NCBI RefSeq assembly: GCF_009914755.1
Contig: NC_060931.1
Length of the DNA: 64,000 nucleotides
Source: the human T2T-CHM13v2.0 reference genome, Homo sapiens
Strand: one strand, 5' to 3'
Positions 27,231 through 39,266 of the stretch are shown here, piece by piece (the first letter of the stretch is position 1; each line of letters starts with the position of its first letter). The position numbers and the translations under genes were made by a program. Below the pieces are notes generated by a model that was given only the letters and a program-made list of their open reading frames with translations, searched no databases and was not told the DNA's origin.

Positions 27231-27447
27231 TTAAACCAATATCTATTTTAAGAAGTTAGAAAAAGGACAGCAAAATAAATCCAAATAAAGTAGAAGGAAA
27301 GAAATAATGAAGATGAGGGTAGAAATTATTAAGATAGAAAACACACATAAAATAAAAAGGATAAACAAAACCAAAAGTTTGCTATTTGAAAATACTAACA
27401 AAATTGATCAAGAAATCAGTTGGCAAAACTGATCAAGAAAAACAAGC
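27231..27447 (+). mobile_element. L1M ORF2 segment, inverted relative to its neighbour
   Basis: Encodes decayed KKLEK...SRRKEI.K.R.EI...INKTKS..FE..NKID. Confidence 0.75.
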
Positions 27448-27449
27448 AA

Positions 27450-28307
27450 GGTTGCTCTTATTTTCTACTATATTCACTTAAGGCTATAATTTTCCCTCTT
27501 ACAAACTACTTTGGCTGCAGCCCACAAGTTTTAAAAGTACATTTTTTGTTAGCATTACATTCAGACTTAATTTCCAATTCCATTATGATTTCTTCTTTGG
27601 CCTACAGATTTTTTAGGAGTATATTTCTTAATTTCCTAATATATGGGTGTTTTCTTATTTTCCATATGATTTCAATCATTTCAAATTTGATGAGAGTTTC
27701 TTTTTGACCTGTCATATATTCCTTTTTAAAAAATATTTCGTTTGTGATCAAAAGACTTGAATTTGGTAGAGTTCTTTATATGCCTATTGATATAAGTATA
27801 TAATCATGTTGTTAATGTCTTTTATGTTCTTCCTAATGTTTATCTGTCTGTAAGAAAACAGAAGATTTCAATAACATAATCACAAATAACAATCAGTTTC
27901 TGAGAGAGATGACTATAGATTTGTCTGGTTCTCCTCTTTGCTTTGTAAACATTTCTCTACATATTTTGAGGCCATATTTTTAGGTGTATACATGTTGGTC
28001 AAACAAACCTTTTATTGTCATATAGCATATTTTTAATCTCTAGTAACAATTTTTGCCCTAAAGTTTACCTAGTTTAATATTGATATACTAGTCACACCAA
28101 CACTCCTTTGGTTATTGTTTTCATAGAATATATGTAAATACTATATATAAGATGTTATATATATTGTATATAACTATCTTTTACTTTGTCTTTTTTATTC
28201 CTTATGTTTTAGACATGCGTGTTATAAATTACATACTGTATCTTTTTCTTCTTAAACCCAATATGACCATCTTTGTCCATTAATTGGAACATTTGACCCA
28301 TTTATGC
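27450..28307 (-). mobile_element. L1M ORF2 5' (endonuclease) fragment
   Basis: Minus strand runs from an NG.N.PI-like start to an AAAK...RGKIIAL..Y.RK-like end. Confidence 0.75.
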
Positions 28308-28522
28308 AGTGAAAGGTATTATGTTAGAGAAATAAAACTAAACTTGTGAAAAAAAAGTTAGACCCCAGTTAGTAGCTTGGCCTGGGGTTGTAGACAGTAA
28401 GATTTATTTGACCTACTGGCTGGAAAAGCCCTTCCTGTGTCTCTGGATGGTACCCACACAAGTCAGAGACAAGACAGGGTCCTCTGGGGCATTGCTTTTT
28501 GCTTCTGAGACAGTCATCTTAT

Positions 28523-28637
28523 CAGACGGAGCACAGAAGATGGCAGGCAGGGGAGACCCGCCTAGTCAGCCAGATCAGCCCTATTCACCCTGACTCCTAA
28601 CACACGAGAAATGTCAGGCCAGATTGCCCTCACACCC
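28523..28637 (-). pseudogene. 7SK snRNA-related sequence (divergent RN7SK-like copy, 5' ~113 nt confidently alignable)
   Basis: Minus strand GGGTGTGAGGGCAATCTGGCCTGACAT...CAGGGTGAATAGGGCTGATCTGGCTGACTAGGCGGGTCTCCCCT versus 7SK (recalled) GGATGTGAGGGCGATCTGGCTGCGACAT...CAGGGTTGATTCGGCTGATCTGGCTGGCTAGGCGGGTGTCCCCT. Starts exactly at 7SK +1. Confidence 0.88.
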
Positions 28638-30268
28638 GGAATGCCCCGAGGGCTGTTCCGTTCCTTCTGTAGTCCCCAGTGACTGGCAGCAAAGTGGCCA
28701 TGTGTGGATTCTCAACCTTCTATGCACATTTGGGACTGTGATGTGGGAGAGAGTTTTTTTTCTGTTTGGGCTTTATCTAAGGATAATTTACTTCTGAAGG
28801 ATGACAACCTTTTCCCCACTTCTATCCCAGATTTTAAAAATCTGCTGACATGATTCCAGTTCTTTCTGTAGCCTATTCAAGGTTGGGGTGATAAAGTTCC
28901 CTGTGTAGTCCTGACTATACTATTTTTATGAGCTTGTACCTGTTTATTTCTTCCATGTGGACTCTGAGCAGATGAAGAAGACTGCCTCTTGTTGATCTTT
29001 GATCTCCCTTGTATCCCGGCATGCCATCAAATGATGGTGATATGAAAATTGAATAAATAATCTAGGCAATAGGTATTTTATTGGTAGTATGGAAGAGTTC
29101 AGTAATATGAGATAAAAGATTCTTTCACATCTATTCACAGACTTTTCTTTGGGAATTTATTTCTATTAAGAGGTAAGACAGGCTTAATTATTATTTATAA
29201 CTTCAAGTTTAAAACTATGTCTTCTTTTTATCTCAGTTTGTAGTGCAAATCCCTATTTTTTCATTAAATTCTTCTCAGCAGCTCTTGGTGTTTTTCTTCC
29301 TTCTGAGAGGAGTTGGCACTGATAATTACTCAACATGGCAGTTACCTGGTTTTTGTCTGTTAAAATCTAACTGTCTCCATGATGTTCAGGTTTCAGTAGA
29401 ACGATGTGTCACCAAGAATCTTAAGCCCTTGTGGCTCGATTCTTCCTGCCAGGTAGGAGATAAATATCTTTCAAGACATAAGATGCTTTAAAGCAAGATT
29501 ATATCATCTACAATAACACTGCAAGCTGTCCAGCTATTGGCTGACATTGTTTTGAACGTGAAAGAAGCTCAACATCTCCTCCAAGCATTTAAATTATAAA
29601 GTGAGATCTGTGCCCCTTCAACCAAAACAATCATAGTATCCATGAGGACTCTGCCCTGATGAAGATAGCTGCTTCGCAAATGGGGAAGGACTATTGGAAA
29701 CCCAATGGACAAAGGCAGCTCTTTCTGAATAATGGCCTCTGAGAGAATCATGATATCATTGGTCATCATTTGGGATGTGCTCTGGGCTTTGGGTGTATAA
29801 AATGATTCATTCTAAGTTTTCAGTTCATAGAGTGCTGGTAGATGTTCAGGACTTAGTTTTAGTAGAATATAGGTTGATATCACATCCCCATGGTTGAAAC
29901 AAAAAATAAATCTGGAAAGTTCTTATATGTTTTAAAGCCAGGCACAAGAGACAGGACAGAAACTACCACATATTTGATACAGTTTTGGGATACTCTCAAG
30001 GCCTTCCTCCCTGGTATGGAACTGAGGCTGTCTCAGCCACAGACACTATTTGGGAGGTCCTCCTTTTCTGGCATTTAGAGGAAAGGAATTCATTCTGAGT
30101 TAGAGAAGAAAGGGAAATTGATCTTGGGCACTGAGATGTTAGCAGAGCTTTACTAAGAAGCTGCAAGATTATATTAAAAAAACTGATAATAGTAGTGCCC
30201 ACAGAAATACCAGGGGAAAACGGTCATAAGAAATCAGCATGGTATGGTGGAGGGAGGGATACTAATGT

Positions 30269-30447
30269 CAGTGTTTCTCCATGGGAACTGTGTTGGCATC
30301 TTTGGGAGGACAACTCTTCTTCCGAGGAGTGCCCTGAACAATGCAAGACATTTAGCATGCCTAGTGGTTAGGGCAGTAGCACCCCCTTAGTCACTGTTTA
30401 ACAGTGCTCTCTGGGGGGTGATGCTGTCCTCCATCTAGGGCCACTGG
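30269..30447. mobile_element. MER20-like hAT element
   Basis: 'cagtgtttctc...gtgccctgaacaatgcaagacatttagcat...ccactg'. Confidence 0.65.
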
Positions 30448-31979
30448 TAGGTGTTCAAGAATCCTGTACCTGACTGGGCTTTGCTAGTAATAGACTGTGA
30501 GTTTCTAGACAAATCATGTTACCTACGTAGACCTTTATTTCTTCATCTGGAAAGTTAAAAGGATTGAAAGTTCTATAAGATTTCTTTCAGCTCTTATGTC
30601 CCTTGGCTCTTTAATATCTGAGTAAAAGAAATAGTAATGGGCTCTCTGGATTCTAAAAAGAAGACTAAGTGCACCCCCAAAAATCATAAGAAAAATTTAA
30701 GTCTGAGATGATTATCAAAGAAACTAAATATGAGTAGTAATGTTTAGTGAATTGTAGGCACTGTGGCTCCTTCAGGGCTGATGAGAATCTTTTTTCTTCT
30801 TATTTTTTTTCCTTCCCTGAATAGTGACTCATTTCTATTTGTATTGGGTGGGAATGCGAAGGAGATCAAATAAAAGGGGAGAGTAAAAAGTTGTATAATT
30901 TTAAGTGAGCTGGATGAGAAATAATTTATAATGTCATTGCTAGCCTACTGTTCATTTCATTTTTAACATCTCCCCTCTTCCACCTTAGCCCTCCCTCCAA
31001 GGGCCAGGCTTTTATCACTGGGATCATTTGATAAAAGTCCTGCTTTGCTGTGTGAGATTGCAAAAAGGATCTGTGTACCCAGGAACATTCTCACCATTTT
31101 CAAAGTATCCAATTTTTGTCTCACTTTCTTGGTAGAAACGTTTCCCCTTGGGGTGTTCTTACTCACTTGAGTGCTTTAAGTCCACATTAATACACTTATT
31201 TAACTAGACCTTTAATCAATATTTCATTGGATGTATTGAGGAGACCCATTTAATCTCTTTTAGTCTCTGCAGGTGCAGGAGTGAGAGAAAGCACTGGCCC
31301 GAGAAGACGGGCGTCATTTACACACAAATGAAGATGTTCCTATTGATCATGGGCTTGTTGGGATAATAATACTTGTGATGAATCATTTATAGGAAAGGGA
31401 CAAGGCATTTTATGTTTTACAGAATGGGATTTTTGGCTCCTTAAATATGTATCAGAGTACCATTATTGAAGGAGTCAAGTATGACCACTGGATTGACTTC
31501 CTGGCAAGAAAAAACACTAATAAAAATAAAATAACTTGAATAGCCAGAAAAATTGGGACCACAAATGATTCCACTATTTGCAAATTGGGATATCTGAAGA
31601 GATCTTGGACTTCTATCATCCATGGACAAATAAGACTCAATGAGTGGGAAGGTTAGAGTGGTGTTTAGAATGGTAATTTCTTTTTGGTAATGTTTACAGT
31701 ATGGTGGTAAGTAGCCTGGGATTTGGAATCAAGAGGTCTTAGCTCAAATTCTGGCCCTAACACTGACTATCTAGAGTGGACGTTTTACTTTACATCTTTC
31801 AAATGTCACTTCCTGAGCTATAAAATATTGATTAATACATACCATGTGTTAAGCACTTATTGTGTGCAAGGTACCCATCTACATTCTTAACATATATTAT
31901 CTTTTATAATCCTCAAAATTATCTTCAGAGAAAAACACTATTGATTACTGTAGCCATGTAGGAAGTCTGTAAAGTGGAT

Positions 31980-33730
31980 TTTTTTTCCCTTTTTTCTTCT
32001 ATTTCAAGTTTTAGTTCCTTTGTCTTTTCACAGAAATTTTAGAATAAGTTTGTCTTATTACCTTACTGGGATTTTTATAGAAATTGCATTCAATCTATGG
32101 ACCAATTTGGGGAGAAATAACATCTTCACTATGTTTAGTTTTCCAATCCATGAAAATGGTATGTCTCTTTATTTCAATCTTTGATTTCTTTCATCAGCTT
32201 TTCGTAATTTTCAAAATACCAATCCTGTACATATCTTGTTAGATTTATATGTAACTACTTCATTTTTTGGAGTAATTATAACTGGTATTGCATTTCCTAA
32301 TTTTTGTTTTTACATACTCATTTCTATAGAAACATGGTTGATTTTTGTTTGTTGTTCTGGAGTTTTGCAACTTTGCTAACCTCACTTATTAATTCGAGGA
32401 TTTTTGTCAGTGAATTCTTGGGATTTTCTATGTAGACAATCATTTCATCTGCAAATAGGGAAAGTTTTATTTCTTCATTTCCAACTCATATGTCTTTTAT
32501 TTCCTTTTCTTACCTTATTGTGCTGGCTAGGACTTCTAGTATTATATTGAATAAGAGTGCCAAAAGTTGATGTATTGTAAATATTTTTTAATTTCCTGTA
32601 TATTATCATAATGTTTTCATATCCTAAAACAAACAAAAAACCCTTTTTGACCAGGGCCAGACTGCCCCTCCTGGGGCTAGCCAATTTAGTCAGGAGCATG
32701 CCTTTAATATGCAAACTCACTAATTCACAGCCACATCTCCTCTAACTGGCTGTACACCCCAGATGGCAATATTCCTCTGTTTTAACCATCTGAGAGCCAG
32801 GTGCCAGGCAACTAGGGACCACCTCTGTGGCTTAAAGCCTGCCAAAATTATTTAAGGTAGCCAGTCCTAAACTGTTCACCCTGCTCTGTCTTGCCTTCAT
32901 CTCAAAAACCCCAATGAAGGCAGTGGCCTAAACCTTTCCCCTTCTCCTGTCTTCTGCCTCCTGATTATTCCAATGACTTTCCCATGTGACCCTGTGTGGA
33001 TTGCCATGCCTCCTATCTCTAGGACCTGAGAGTATAATAAACTTTGCCTTTCTCAATCTCTCCTTTGTCTTTCATACCTATCTGAAAATCTCATAAAAGA
33101 ATACAAAACAACCAACATCCTTGCTATGTTTCCAATCTTAGGGAGAAAGCATTCAGTTTTTTACTATTAAGTATAATGTTAGTTGCACAATTTTTGTAGA
33201 TATTCTTTATCAAATTGAGAAAATCCTTCTTGATTTCTGGTTTGCTGAGAGCTTTTTATCATAAATGGATGTTGATTTTGTCTAATGGTTTTTTTGCATC
33301 TATTGATATGAGCATAAGCTTTTCCTTATTTAGTTTGCTAATATAGTGAAATGCATTAATTGGTTTTTAAATGTGAATCTACATTTGCATTATTGGGAAG
33401 AACTCCACTTGGTTGTGCTGTATTATTCTTTTTACATATTGCAAGATTTGATTTGTTAATACTTTGCTGAGAATTTTTAAATCTACCTTCATGGGAGATA
33501 TTGATCTGTAGTTTTCTCATAATATCTTTGATTTCAGTATTGAGATTTAAAAAATTTAAATGTTACATTTTTGAGCTGGTGTATAGTAAAGCTATTAATT
33601 TTTCCATATTGTTCTATGTCAGCCAGCTCCTTGAAATTGTGTTTTAATTCTAATACTTTTTAAAGTGGTTTCTTGAATGTTCTAGGTAGACAATTGTTAG
33701 ACAATTATAACTTTTGTTTACAAAAACACT
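31980..33730 (-). mobile_element. L1M ORF2 fragment, split by an LTR
   Basis: 'gaaattgcattcaatctat', 'catttcatctgcaaatag' (FADEM on the minus strand). Resumes after the LTR at 'catccttgct'. Confidence 0.85.
32571..33110 (+). mobile_element. ERVL LTR (MER74/MER54/MER73 group)
   Basis: TG...CA ends, 'gactgcccctcctggggctagccaat', 'atatgcaaac', 'gccaggtgccaggcaactagggac', AATAAA near the 3' end. Confidence 0.7.
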
Positions 33731-33734
33731 TTGG

Positions 33735-34033
33735 GGCCGGGTGCGGTGGCTCATGCCTGTAATCGCAGCACTTTGGGAGGCCGAGGTGGGCAGATCACCT
33801 GAGATCGAGAGTTCATGACCAGCCTTACTAACATGGAGAAATCCCCTCTCTATTAAAAATACAAAAATTAGCTGGGCGTGGTGGTGCATGCCTGTAATCC
33901 CAGCTGCTCGGGAGGCTGAGGCAAGAGAATCACTTGAACCTGGGAGGCGGAGGTTGTGGTGAGCCAAGATCGTGCATTGCACTCCAGCCTGGGCAACAAG
34001 AGTGAAACTCTGTCTCAAAAAACAAAACAAAAC
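33735..34033 (+). mobile_element. AluSp
   Basis: Sp diagnostics (acatggagaaa, gtggtgagcc, ggcaacaagagtgaaactc). TSD AAAACACTTTGG / AAAACACTGTGG. Confidence 0.93.
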
Positions 34034-34389
34034 ACTGTGGTCTCTCCCCAACTCCCAACTTGATACACTTTTTAGATATTTGTGCATTTTCTAATGCCTC
34101 TCAAATCTTTACAACAATTTTAGTAATTTAAAGCTTTACATGGTATTTGTACATAGTATTTACTGGTAAAATTAACCTCCTACCTACCTGTAGTTGTATT
34201 TCTTTTTCACTTGTAATTTTTGCAACTGTGTGCTCACTCTTCTGTCTCTCTCCTGACTGGACACATCAGAACTTTAACTTTTTAACTGACCTTAGAAATA
34301 ATGGCCTTTAATTTTATGATGATCTATTCTTTCTGTAGATTTTTTATTTTATTAATTTATGTTCTTATTTTTAGTTAATTTCTTCTTTA

Positions 34390-34700
34390 GGCTGGCTGTG
34401 GTAGCTCACACCTATAATCCCAGCACTTTGGGAGGCCTAGGCAGGAGGATCCTTTGAAGACAGGAGTTTAAGACCAGCCTGGGCAGAATAGCAAGATTCT
34501 GCCTCTATAAAAAATTTTTAAAAATTAGCTGAGCGTTTTGGTGTGAGCCTGTAGTCCCCCGCGATTCTGGAGGCTGAGGTGGGCTCACTTGAGCCCAGGA
34601 GTTTGAGGCTTCAGTGAGTCATGATCATGCTAGCACCCTCCAGCCTGGGTGACAGAGTGAGACTTTATCTCAAAAAACAAAAACAAAAACAGAAACAAAA
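34390..34700 (+). mobile_element. AluJ
   Basis: J diagnostics: ggaggat, ttgagcccaggagtttgaggct, atgatc. Confidence 0.9.
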
Positions 34701-34887
34701 CGCCTCCTCATTTAATTTTTTAGCTTCATTTATTGAATGTTTAGTTTATTTGTTTTCAGGCTATTGATTTTTCTTTGAGCACTCTTTGGACACATTTCAT
34801 AGATATCAAAATATTATGTTTTCATTATCTAAATAGTTTAAAGTTTCAATTTTGTTTTTGTCTTTAATGCAAGAATCATTTAGAAGG

Positions 34888-35201
34888 TTTTTTTTTTAAT
34901 TTTTTTAAATTGTTTTATTTTTGAGACGGAGTCTCGCTGTCGCCCAGTGGAGTGCAGTGGCGCGATCTTGTCTCACTGCAGGCTTCGCCCCCGCAGGGTT
35001 CACGCCATTCTCCTGCCTCAGCCTCCTGAGTAGCTGGGACTACAGGCGCCCGCCACCTCGCCCGGCTAATTTTTTGCATTTTTAGTAGAGACGGGGTTTC
35101 ACCATGTTAGCCGGGATGGTCTCGATCTCCTGACCTCGTGATCCGTCCACCTCGGCCTCCCAAAGTGCTGGGACTACAGGCGTGAGCCACTGCGCCCGGC
35201 C
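34888..35201 (-). mobile_element. AluY (Ye-like)
   Basis: 'gagtctcgctgtcgccc' (2-bp deletion), 'gcaggcttcgcccccgcagggttcacgcc', 'cgccacctcgcccggc'. TSD TCATTTAGAAG at 34876-34886 and 35202-35212. Confidence 0.93.
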
Positions 35202-36012
35202 TCATTTAGAAGTTTTTAAAAATTTGCAAGTGGATAGTTTTTTTGTGTGTCAAAACTTAAAATAATCCTGATGTCATTACTTTGTAGTCAAAGAATGTGG
35301 CCTGAGTGACTTCTGTTAGTGGAGTTTATAGGGATTTCTTGTGGCCTACTACACAATCAATTTTTATTCCCATAGATATTTGCAAAGAATTTTCTAATTT
35401 GGAGATAGAAAATTCTATATATATGCAGATATATATTCAAATATCAAACTAAATTGTTCAATCCTCTGTATACTTACTTTTAAAAAGTCTTTCAAAGTTT
35501 TCCCACTACTATTGTAATTTTGTGAATTAGTGCTAATACTATCATCAGCATCATTATATATTTCAATGCAATACTTTTTTTGTACACAACTATTTTATCT
35601 ATATTTTGAATTTTTGTCTTTTAGCATTGTAAAAAAATCTCATTTTCTTATTTAAAGCCATTTGCCTCTAAATCTATTTTGCCTACCACTAAAATAGTCA
35701 TTTCTGTTTTCTTTGTGTTAATGTTGGCTTGGCATCTCTTTGATTATCATTTTACTTTCAGTTCCTCTATATGAGTTAATTTTAGTTGTATTATAGCATA
35801 AGACAGTTTTCTAAAATAGGAATTTGATCTACTCTCATTTATTTTGATCTTTAATGTACTTGGACTTAATTACTTCGATGTTATTTTATATATTCTATTT
35901 ACCATGTGTCTCTACCATTTTCACATTTTCCTGTGTTTACTGGTTGTATGGAGTTTTCTTTTTCTTTTTCTTCCCCCTTAGGCGAGTTGAAAATTTGCAC
36001 TATTTGCTTTCC

Positions 36013-36985
36013 TTAAAAACAGACTTTACTTTTTAGAGCAGTGTTAGGTTCCTGGCAGAATTGAACAGAAAGTACGGAGTCCCTGTATGCCCTCTGCCTG
36101 CACACATGCACAGCCCTCACTATCAACAACTCCCACCAGAGTACTGCATTTATTACAACCGACGAACCTACACTGATGCATCATTATCATCCAAAGTCCA
36201 TAGTTTACATTAGGGCTCACTCTTGATATACATTCTGTGGGCTTTGACAAATGCACAATGACAGCTATCCACCATTGTAGTATTACACCGAATAATTTCA
36301 CTGCCCTAAAAACCTTCTGTGCTCCACCACCTATGTATCCCTCTCTGCTCCTTAGTCCCCAGCAACCACTGAATTTTTTTTTTATACTGTCTCTGTAGTT
36401 TTGCATTTTCCCAAATGTCATACAATTGAAATCAAACAGATGTAGCCTTTTCGGATTGCCAGATTGACTTCTTTTACTCAGTAATATGCCTTTAAGTTTC
36501 CTCCAAGTCTTTCCATGGCCTGATAGTGCATTTTTTTTTAGCCTGAATAATATTCCATTGCCTGAATGCACTACAGTTTATATTGTCCATTCACCAGCTG
36601 GAGGACATCTTGGTGACTTTCAGGTTTTGGCATTTATGAATAAAACTGCTATAAACATCCATGTTTATAGTTTTTTGTGTGGACATAAATTTTCAACTCA
36701 TTTGAGTAAATACCAAGGAAACTTATTGTGGTAAGTGAGTATGTTTAATTTTGAAAAAAAACTGTCAAACTGTCTTCCAATGTAGACGCACCATTTTGCA
36801 TTCCCACCAGCAATGAATGAGAGTTCCTGTTGCTCCACATCCCTGCCAGTATTTGGTGTTGTCAGTGTTCTGATTTGGGCAATTCTAATAGGTATGTATT
36901 GTTTTAATTGGTATTTCCTTAATGACATATGATGTGGGGCATCTTTTCATATGCTTCTTTGCCATCTGTAAATCTTCTTTGGTGA
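36013..36985 (-). mobile_element. L1MC-like 3' end
   Basis: 'aaagtccatagtttacattagggctcactcttg', 'ccattttgcattcccaccagcaatgaatgagagttcctgttgctccacatc'. Confidence 0.85.
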
Positions 36986-37399
36986 GCACTATCTTTTAAT
37001 TACTTGAGTGACTGTTCTTAACATTTTTATAAACATGGAAATGTATTTGTTGGGTACTTAAATTATAAAAGCAGCACAAACTTGTTTAAAAATCTATTAA
37101 TATAGAAGTCTAAACAGTAAAAGTGGAAGTCTGCACACCCCTGGGACAATCATTAATAAATATACTTCCAAACTTACTGATGCATAAATAAGTATACACA
37201 TAATTTTCCATATAAATATGACTATACCATATATGGTATAATATATTTAGTCTCTGCCCCTACAAATTTTGTGTGTAGTTGAAATCATATCTAATTTATT
37301 TCAAGACTGCTCACCTTTTAAAAATATTTTGCCTTAATATTACTAACAATGGCATCAAAATCACAGCCACATTACAATTCTTTAGCCCTAGTTAATCTT

Positions 37400-39090
37400 C
37401 TGCCATTATGTTTACTTACCAGCAAGCCTTTTATTTGAAGTCTTCCTCTTTGTTGATTTTACTTATTGTTTTGCTGAGGAATTCTCTTTCATTTTTTTTT
37501 TTCAGAAGGGGCACATGTATGATGAACTTTTAAAGCCCTTGCCTTTCTTTAAACATGTTAATTTTAGCCTACATGCTAAGTAATAATTTCATTGTCTTCC
37601 AGCATTCTGTGTTGCAAAAATGAAGTTGGGCCTTGGTCAAATACTATTTCCTTTGTAAATAACTCATTCTTTCATCTTCAAGATTAGTTTAGAAATATAA
37701 TATACAATTAGGTAAATTTCTTTATTCATCACTTTTGTTCAGTAGTCAATAGTGAGGTCTTAAATCTTTATTCATTTCAGTAAAATTGTCCTCTATTATT
37801 TCTTTAATTTGGTCCCCCTTCTCCAGTCTGCCTTTTCTTTCTTCTCTTTCTGTTAAGTAGATAGTTTAGTGAATTTCTATTAAGTGACTCTTCTAAATAT
37901 ATTCCCTAAGCCTTTTTTGTAATTTTTTAAATTTCTTTGTTTATTATTCTATTTTCTGGGAAATTTCTTTTCTTTATATTCCAGATCTCTAATTTGGTCC
38001 TTGGATGGTCCATTTTATTACTTTACATTTTAGCATTTCTTTTGACCAATTACTTCTTCTTTTTTTATTACTACTTTAAAAATAGCACCTTGCTCTTTTT
38101 CCATGAATAAAACATCCTCCTGAGAGCTTCTGAGGATGCTATTTAGAAATTTCTCTTCTGTTTTTTGTAATTTTTGCTTTTTTCTATTTCTTCAACATTT
38201 TTTCTGCTTGTTCATTTTGGCTCTTTTCGTTGGTGTTGGTGTTTCTCAAAGGTCTAGTAATCTTTAATGGACCGTTTTTATTTATAAATGCATAGATTGC
38301 ATTTTTCTTGGGCATATTTGTATTCATACTAGATTTCTCTCCGAATGGAAGGAATGACTAAAGGTTGGGCCTCATAATGGGCATATTTCTCTTTTAGAGT
38401 GAAAGAGGGAGGGAAGTCAGGGTCTTATAACCTTGCCAAAACAAGGAAGACTTTACCCTGCTATTAGAAAACTTTTTAGGGCTTTCATTCCTGAAAGAGC
38501 CCCATTTCTTACCTATCCACCTACGCTGCGTGGTCCATTATAAAGGACTAGAATTTCCTGGAGCTCTGCTCTAGTTTTCTCTTTTTTCCAAACTCAAAAA
38601 TTTCCTCTCCATCCCCTCCTCCCAACAGAGAGGTCTTGCCTCCACGGGAAGCTGGCAGACACCAAGGCAGGCCTCTCATCTACATGCAGAGGTGCATGGG
38701 GACAGCAGCCCCACTGCTCTACCAGCAGTCTTTTACTTAATTTTTCTGAGGATTGCCCTGTAGCCAGGGACTACTCCACCTTCCTGTGCTAGTATTCTCT
38801 GAGTTTGGAGGTTCTAGAATCCTTGGGAAGAGCAGCTCTGTTCCCTGCAACAGCCCCTTTTTATTGTTGCAGTTTGTTTCATTCTGATTTCTCTATCAGT
38901 TTGATCTTACTAGATTTCTAACTTCCAGAAATTCTCCCAAACATATGGTCTACTGGCGGTATCCTTTCCTGTTCCCCAAGGTGTAGCAAATTTATTTTTT
39001 AATTATATCATTTGTGTCATTTCAGATGAATTTTGGGAGAGAGAGGAGGTAAATATTTGTCATCAGTCTGTCACATTGAACTGGAAGTCT
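37400..39090 (-). mobile_element. Ancient L1ME/HAL1-like 5'/ORF1 region
   Basis: T-rich plus strand with 'cattgtcttccagcattctgtgttgc', ending 'cacattgaactggaagt', typical of old L1 5' termini. Confidence 0.5.
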
Positions 39091-39165
39091 TCACCTAGTT
39101 TTAATCCATAAGTAAGGTTCTACAGGCTTAGCAATTGGAAGCTGTCACCAGTATCTAGATTCTGA

Positions 39166-39266
39166 TTTTAATTGTCTTTTAATTTCTAATGAAATGTCCA
39201 TATCAGGAGTTCTTTAATTTAAATTTCTTTTAATTTCTAAATGAAATGTTTATATCAGGAGTTCTT
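39166..39266. repeat. Tandem duplication, ~50 bp x2
   Basis: 'tcttttaatttctaa(a)tgaaatgt(cc/tt)atatcaggagttctt' occurs twice in a row. Confidence 0.9.

Noticed and set aside
28638-28940. Type 3 Pol III promoter (TATA/PSE/octamer) upstream of the 7SK-like element
   Set aside because: No TATA at about -30, the TCACTGGGGACT PSE-like word is weak and too close (about -45), and I see no octamer.
36044-36928. 175-aa and neighbouring ORFs
   Set aside because: Lie wholly in an L1MC-like 3' end; typical repeat-derived pseudo-ORFs.
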